A stretch of DNA of 64,000 nucleotides from Macrostomum lignano. Its lineage: Eukaryota. The notes beneath the pieces are model-generated. The model did not search any database and was not told the DNA's origin. It saw only the letters and a program-made list of their open reading frames with translations. The stretch spans positions 62,001 to 126,000 of the forward strand of contig NIVC01002998.1 of assembly GCA_002269645.1 (NCBI GenBank), written 5' to 3'. Positions 57,206 to 64,000 of this stretch are shown here, piece by piece. The position numbers were made by a program, and so were the translations under genes. Positions within the stretch are counted from its first letter, which is position 1. Each line of letters opens with the position of its first letter.

Positions 57206-59578
57206 TACTAACAGAAGGCTTGATTATCTTAGTAATTGTGAGAATAGATGTTGAATGTTGAGGTTTTCAGCCCAGGATTTTTTCATAACCTGCATTTATA
57301 TCGTTGCTTCCCAGCCCATAGAGATGTCATTGTTTAAACTTCCAAGAAATAAAAAAATCCACGAAGTACGAGGGCAGGGAACTGTACGGTTTTACAGATA
57401 GAGCGAAGGTCTCCAGGAAATGTCTACCGTACATAACTCAGGTTCAGGAGCGTAGAGTAGGGTTGGAGCGCCTGGGGGAGCTCAGTGCTGCGTTTGTTTC
57501 CTGTCCTCCTGTGCGGGCCGGCCCACGCATCCACCCCTCCGTTGCCATGTCAGGTCGGGGTTGGGCGTCGGTCCCGGGCCTGCCCGCGGCTCCTCCCCAG
57601 AAGTGGCCTCCGCGCCGGGCTCATTTAGAGTTCTCCGGCCGGCCGTCCCGGCCTGTCAACCGTCCAGGTCAAACTGCTGTCTCGCCTTTGATGTCTGCCT
57701 GAAATCGATGGAAGCTGCTGTAGCTTTGCTATGCGCTGCATGTACTATTTGAAGGCTGAGCCTATTTGCCCATTTCTATTATTCTAGCTTGTTTTCTAAG
57801 GCATATTTACATTTTAACCGCAGCAAAGTTCTGACCACCAACTATTTATAAGCAAAAGAGAGAGGCCTACGGAGCTGTCGTGAAATGCATAAGCACTTGC
57901 TGCAAAGTTTTCCTCGACTACTTTTTAAAAGATGAGACCAACTTCAATTCCAGTATCAGATTTCTATTTTCTGCATCTATGTTCTGCAGTCTACTTTTAG
58001 TAGCATCGACACTTAAAGTGATAACCACAAACATCTTGATCGAAGTCGTATTTTAGGCAAAAAGTATCGGTTTTTTATTGGCAATTAATCTTTCCAAAAC
58101 ATTAATTTTAAACTAAGAGAAAATAAAAAGCTAAGAATCAACATTTAGTTAATTAGTATTTTAATTACGACGCGTTTCGCACTTTGAGAGGTGCATATTC
58201 AGGTTTTTTGGTAGCGAACGAAACGAACGAGGTAAAAAATAATACAATGAGGGTATGAAAATCAATAGCATTTGTTAAGATGGCCAGGTTTAGGCGGGTT
58301 AAGACGGTTCTTGAATTAATTCAAACAAAACTAATAAAATCTATGGCATCATCATCGCCATCCCAGCATGATCAGTATCGTCTTGAACAGAGATAGATTA
58401 GAGACAAAGACGATGAGAAGATGGAACAGATGACCAGCCTCTTCCTACGTCCGAAAAAAGACCTTGCGCTCAAACCAAGCCACTGACAATTTTTTGCAGC
58501 GCCGGATAGAGCAACGCAGACACAAGAAGTTCAAGAACGCGAGCTAACTTTTTGTTGTTGCACTCCTTCTCAAACAAGAATCAAGTTGCCAGCTCTCCGG
58601 ACCGTCGAGATATTCAACAATTCTGCCATTTTCCATAAGCGCCAGTCAGGGCCATAACTGCCCCTCAGTGCCGTCTTACCAAGCTAACAAAGTTCATCAG
58701 CACTTCGATGACATGTGTCTGCATCAGCTCTGACTCTGTTGGTCACTACATGGGCTGAACCCAGACCGAGTTTCTGGGCTTTCTAGGAAACTATTTCAAA
58801 TTTCCCTGATGTCGCTGACCAAGATTCAATAATGGACAAAGTTAAACTGCTGGACATCCTCAGCTATATATAGCCTTTCAAGCATTCTATCATCACCCCG
58901 AGACCGTCGCCAACTTCAGCGTCCCCCGAACGTGATTTTTCATCACAACCTTTACATTTCTTAAGGTCTTAAAAAACTCTTTTACTCATAAAGAAGGCTA
59001 CAAGTATGCTTTTAAAGGTAATTGCTACCTATTTCTATTAATAAAATTAGTGGAAAGTTGTTTTCTTAAGGAGAATCTTCAAATCAAAACGCGTTCACTT
59101 ACAAACATTTAATTTTTAGCTCAACACAAGCTCATAGCACTTTTTCGGCTTTCAGCATCTTTCCCTTTGTTTTACTTTGATAATTGAGCCAGCCGGCGCT
59201 GGACAAACAAAACAGTTTGAGAAGGACGATCGAGAGAGGTGAGCGAGTTGGGGTGAAGCGTTTTAAATGAGCCGACTGACTCAGCATGCACAGCAAAATG
59301 CCTAGTGAGCACTAGAGCTCGACCCAGTCCGACCGAGCTATCCATAGGCCAGTGGGGTTGACCTGTCCAGCATCACGTGCTGTGTGGATATACACTGGCC
59401 ACTCTTGAGCTCTGACCGAGCTGCTTAGCCAGTGCATTTCTATTACTCTTCGTTGTCGCTATATTAGCTCTGAGCAATTTTACAATGCTTCACCTCTCTG
59501 AGCACAAAGGCTAGTGGTCAATTGCTTCAAAACTTGCTTGTGTGCTACAACGCAGCAAGGTGCAGAAGCGGCTTCATC

Positions 59579-60913
59579 ATGCAGCTTCACTTACCGCCTA
59601 TGCCAAGTAACTATTTTGATAAGCAGTTTCTGCCTACCCAAGGATACCACCTGGGCGACGATGTCAAACTAATCAGCTGCGACATGAAGCCAGATATGGT
59701 TGAGCAAGTTGTCGGATCGGCCAGAGAGATTCTCAGTCGCAGAATTGTTAACGAACAGGTGAGGATTGAGGACGCGAAATAAGTTAGCTTTAATATAGAG
59801 TGAATTAAGAATAAAAAAGATGTATTAGAAAGGATTCGAATTAAATCTTTTGGTGGTCCGATTAATTCTATGTGTAGTGTTTTGTGTGTGGTGATTTTTA
59901 TACAGCTACATGGCTACATGTGCATGTACAATTGTACACCTGTAAATCCATATTTTTCTATAGCGGGTCAATCTAAATGTAGCACAGATAGTTTTTTATT
60001 ACTGCTATTACATGTCACTCAGCATGAGAGTGCTAAAAGATCAATAGCACTAATGTTGCCCCATGACTACAAAGAGGATCAAAAGGGGAATGGAAGTGAA
60101 AGAGGACAAAGTTAGAAGATGAAAGGAGAACAAGACAAAGGAAAAGAGAAGCCAAAAAACTGATCAAGGTGATCTTTGAGATGCCTGGTTCTAGAAAACG
60201 GCTGGCTTGATACCAGGATTAGCTAGTGCTGCAGGTAGAGCATTCCATAATTTACTGTAATTGTAATAAATCACTGCTTCTGTTCTAGAAGAAGGAACTT
60301 GAAGGAGTAGCTTTGCTGTATGTTGTTATCTCCGTTCTGGAGACCATAGTATGACTTCATAGTGTGAGTTCAAATTTTCTCTTCTTGTCTGAATAGGCTT
60401 TGAACGGCAGGGTGTTAACTGTCGAAATGCTTGCGATAGTCCAGGGCGGGTTTACTGAGCATTCTGACAGCTCAAACGGGCCTGGCTCTTGCGTCACCAG
60501 ACAAGACGATTATAAAGTCAGGGCAGCTGTACACCCTGTGTGAGCGTGTGCATGAGTACAGCATCAGTGCGCTTGCATGTGCTCAGGGGACAGCTGGTTG
60601 TGAGACGATGTCTCAAAAGGCGTCGGGACAGGGTGCCCGCAGACCGACAGATAATAATCGTTTTTTTCTGTCTGCGGAACTTTTCTAGAGTCTCAACAAC
60701 TATTTCGTGCACCCAACTCAATTCAAGATTCTTCCTCGCGAGCTCAAGGAGGAGCTGGACGAGAAATTCGGCCACAACTGGCAAGTGGTGGTCACTTCAG
60801 GCCAGTTCTGGGCCTGGTTCACCCACCTCGCTGGCTACTGCGTGGTGTTCAAGCTGCAGAGGTATTGCTTTCTGGTGTGGCGTACCAAGACTTGTTATTA
60901 CAGAAAAAGTTGA
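59579..60913 (+). CDS. Dynein light chain (LC8-type)-like protein, 134 aa; exons 59579-59758, 60689-60913
   Basis: VKLISCDMKPDMVEQVV...LKEELDEKFGHNWQVVV..GQFWAWFTH...VFKL..YCFLVWRT matches the LC8 fold. Phase-0 intron CAG|GTGAG...TTCTAG|AGT. Confidence 0.88.
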
Positions 60914-60947
60914 AAAATGAATGCAACAACTACCTCACTGTGCTATG

Positions 60948-61292
60948 CGGGGGCGTCGCCATGGAGTTTATGGTGGGGGACAAAACCAACAACTCTACAT
61001 GTACATGTACATAATTTTCAGAATCGGTGTTGTCAGCGCTCAATTGACGCCATAGGCACTCATTTAAGCGCCGCAGTCACTCATTTAAGCGCCGCAGGCA
61101 CTCATTTAAGCGCCGAAGGCACTCATTTAAGCGCCGCAGGCACTATTTTCTGTCACCCTGAAACAAAATTATTGATTTTAAAAACGGGTCATGAGGTTGG
61201 GTGGGGGAGGGGGACAAAGCATTGGCATGTCCCCAGCTTTTACTAGGGGGGGGGACATGTCCCCCCTGTCCCCTCCCGGTGGCGACGCCCTG
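60948..61292. mobile_element. hAT-like MITE
   Basis: Termini CGGGGGCGTCGCCA / TGGCGACGCCCTG. Flanks GTGCTATG and ATGCTATG (7/8 match, 8-bp TSD). Four internal 21-bp repeats CACTCATTTAAGCGCCGCAGG. Confidence 0.7.
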
Positions 61293-62573
61293 ATGCTATG
61301 CTTTTAATAATTTTTGCCTCAGTTATTTTTAAAATTTTATGTAAACTGAATATGCTCCTGTACAATGCTGCAGTTTGGCTAGCTTTTCTTGTTTTTGACC
61401 TTTGCACGATGTTCTAAGTACGCTCTTACTACTATTGGTATTGATATATTAAATTAAGTCGAAATAATTACGACAGTAGAAACTGTTCACCAGTCTTCAT
61501 GACTTTCAGTTTTATATTTCTTTGCGTACATTTCGGAATTAAGAAACTGAAAAGTGCTGCATTAGAACGGTAGCTCCAAAGCTTTTCTTGCTAAGTTTTG
61601 TATGCCGGTGCCAAAAAAGTACTGTTGACAGGTATTTTGATGTTTATCAACATCTATAAACTGAGTTTTGGTTATCTTGTAACTTGAACTTCTGAAAAAC
61701 ACATTTTAATGCATATGATCGAATGCTAATTTTATTCAAAGCTCGTAAAAATCGTTCGTTATATATTTTTATTTCTGTATGGAGCCAAACATCATTTATT
61801 AAACAAATCACAGCACTGCAAACAAGGTTAGTCAGAATGATGTTTAAAATTTTGTGGACAGAATCTCGCTGGCTACGGTGAATTCGAGTCAAAAAATTCC
61901 AGCAAATCGTCATCAGGAAAATGTAGCAAAAGTGGGAACAATGTTTTTGTCTTTAATTTTGTAAGAAATCTATATAGATTAACAAAATAAAAAGCTGTGA
62001 AAAGTACGTATACATTACGGTATGCTAGCCATAGCTACTGTCATATAATTTAAAAAACAGGAAGAAAAAGTGAATAGTGAAAGTGACACAGAAAAATGTT
62101 CAGCATTTAAAACACTACAAAAAGCTAAACTATTTTTAGTCGTGGCTACTAAAAACTACAGCAGATGGTGGAAATCGTTATATTATTTTTACCGTCTAAA
62201 GCTGAAACTAAAACTAAAACTAAAACTAACGGAAATTTTTTGTTAATTTTGTCGTCCTTTTTGATTTGCATGTAAAAGTAGCATCTAGCTAGTTGTAGAT
62301 GATGTAGTGGAGCCCCTGTCTATCACAGGCTCATTTCTCTCATGAGAAATTTTACTTTGATTTATAGAAACGATGGCACTTCGGTATTTGCGTAGACCCT
62401 CATCCTTAATGATCAATTTAGTAAAAAATATCTTCATGATTTTAATTATTGGGGTATAGTTGTCACTAAAAGTTTTTGCAATAATAAAAATTGATAAGTT
62501 TTGATAAGATAACTTTCAAAAATCTTTTCTGGTGTAAAAAAGCAAGCGAATCTTTAGCGAATCAGAGCTATCT

Positions 62574-64000
62574 TTAAGATGATTCGACTTTTTCTAGGCC
62601 ATCTGGGGCAGCTTCTGGTTCATTATCAAAGTCTCGCTTTCGATGGAAATTGGCCTTTCTATTCTTCTTTCGCTTGCTGAGAATCTCTTCCATTGACTCG
62701 ATTTTGGTCTCCAGCCGTTGCAGATATTCAACCAGGTTTTGGCTCGCGGTGGCAGAAACATTTACTGCGTGCGACTTCAGTATCTCAGTATCGCTCTTGT
62801 TTCGCGTTATTTCGTTTAATAATTTCGGTCGAATTTCACGAAAAATAGCCGCTTGAAATTTTAAGAACTCCAGATAATCTTCCGGGTATTCGATTCATGA
62901 CTCCAGTAGCCCCTCTGCAACGAAGATTTGTTAATATAAACTAATGAGACAAGCAAGACAATAAAATATTCAGTTTTACAAGTTTCGTGCTTATTCAATA
63001 CAGTAGAGGAAAAAATCTAGTTTATTCCATTATAATCCGTCCTGTACAACTGGGTCGTGACTGCCCTCTCAGCACAATGATCTACAGGATCTCCCAGAAT
63101 TATGTGACAACCTTAGAAAAAGATCCTGACCGCACCTACTGGCTACATCTAGAACAAAATTCAAAATATTCCGTGGGAGCCTTACCGGTTTTGTCCAACT
63201 TTTGATCTTCGAATATGCTGCTTCTTGCATCGGATTATTATTCTGATCGGATATTCCAGAAAAGAAAATGGAGGCGGCAAAAAACTGATGTTCTTGTACT
63301 CCTGCAGCATTTCATAGTACGTCCTCCTCCAGATTCCCAAAGCCCTGCTGTGCATGCTGATCACAGTGAGGTTGAACCGAGCTATCAACAGATTGAGCAT
63401 GACAATATTAGACAGAGTCAAGAACACGAACATGAACAGGTTGTTAAACCAGCCGAAGCCGTCTGGATGGGCAACTCGGCCCACATCCTGGCTTTCAGTA
63501 CTACTGGTTGTTTCAAATCCGATCTTGTCAAAGTTTGTGAACAGCAGGTGAAACGGCAGTGTCAATATCTGCACGGTAGCATTCAACCTGTATTCTGTCG
63601 TGTTTGTTTTCGATGACAAAGCTGCGACGACTGGGAACAATAAATTGAAGAAAAACACCCCAAACAAGTAGAAAATCACCAGCAGAATCAGTAGGAAAGG
63701 AACCAAATCCTTGACGAGCAGGCTCTTAAGCATCGAGATGACCGGTCCAGTTCTTTGAAAACGATTGAGGAATGACACTGAACGAAATCCCCACAGCAGA
63801 AACGAGGTGGTCAGAATCATCTGGCAGACGTATTGTGTTTGTGGAGAAACAAACCATTGCGTTTCCAGCAGCTGTGCATTGTTGCGATTAAAAAAGCAAA
63901 AATCATTTTTAGTCACGGTTTGCAGGAAAGCATCCCCACGTAAGCCACAGTTTCAGTGATAAACCGGCCCACATGAAAAGAAGGGCCAACATGTCGAAAT
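62574..64000 (-). pseudogene. 3' part of a second TRP channel paralogous to 31216-35404, with apparent frame disruption; exons ~>64000-63940, 63871-63186, ~62914-62574
   Basis: GPVISMLKSLLVKDLVPFL, LTLPFHLLFTNFDK, LSNIVMLNLLIARFN, ALGIWRRTYYEMLQEY...LPPPFSFL and YPEDYLEFLKFQA align with the first gene. The last-exon frame is blocked by a TGA just upstream of YPEDY. May be an assembly error rather than a true pseudogene. Confidence 0.75.

Larger units (their letters stand above)
41560..59390. repeat. Tandem segmental array, 6803-bp period (two full units plus a diverged partial third unit)
   Basis: Every ORF recurs at +6803 with identical translation across ~43256-50135 vs ~50059-56938. Diverged homologous blocks: 41560-42480 (vs 48340-49283) and 57205-59390 (vs 43570-44300, ~44910-45070, ~47470-47720). 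Confidence 0.95.

Noticed and set aside
41560-59390. Prophage or intact endogenous giant-virus region
   Set aside because: No capsid, polymerase, ATPase or integrase motifs; low gene density; includes a spliced gene.

Overview
Eukaryotic (metazoan) genomic DNA: GT-AG introns, many micro/minisatellites, SINEs and MITEs, and no rRNA, true tRNA or CRISPR. Composition and gene content suggest a free-living flatworm such as Macrostomum (inference only). Host genes include a 5-exon, 5'-partial NCKX/SLC24 exchanger, several coiled-coil (probably ciliary) genes, a secreted WSC+PAN-like protein, an ApoL-like protein, a 1372-aa ankyrin-repeat TRP channel with a partial frame-disrupted paralog at the window end, a small membrane protein and an atypical dynein light chain. 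The most unusual region is a tandem array at ~41.6-59.4 kb with a 6803-bp period. It carries three intronless PCIF1/CAPAM-like methyltransferase-domain genes that lack the WW domain and have GPPF in place of catalytic NPPF. It also carries a conserved unknown companion ORF, a spliced DUF4806/BEN-like gene and a decayed THAP domain. The middle PCIF1-like copy is a chimera of the outer two. All family assignments are by motif recognition; no database searches were run.
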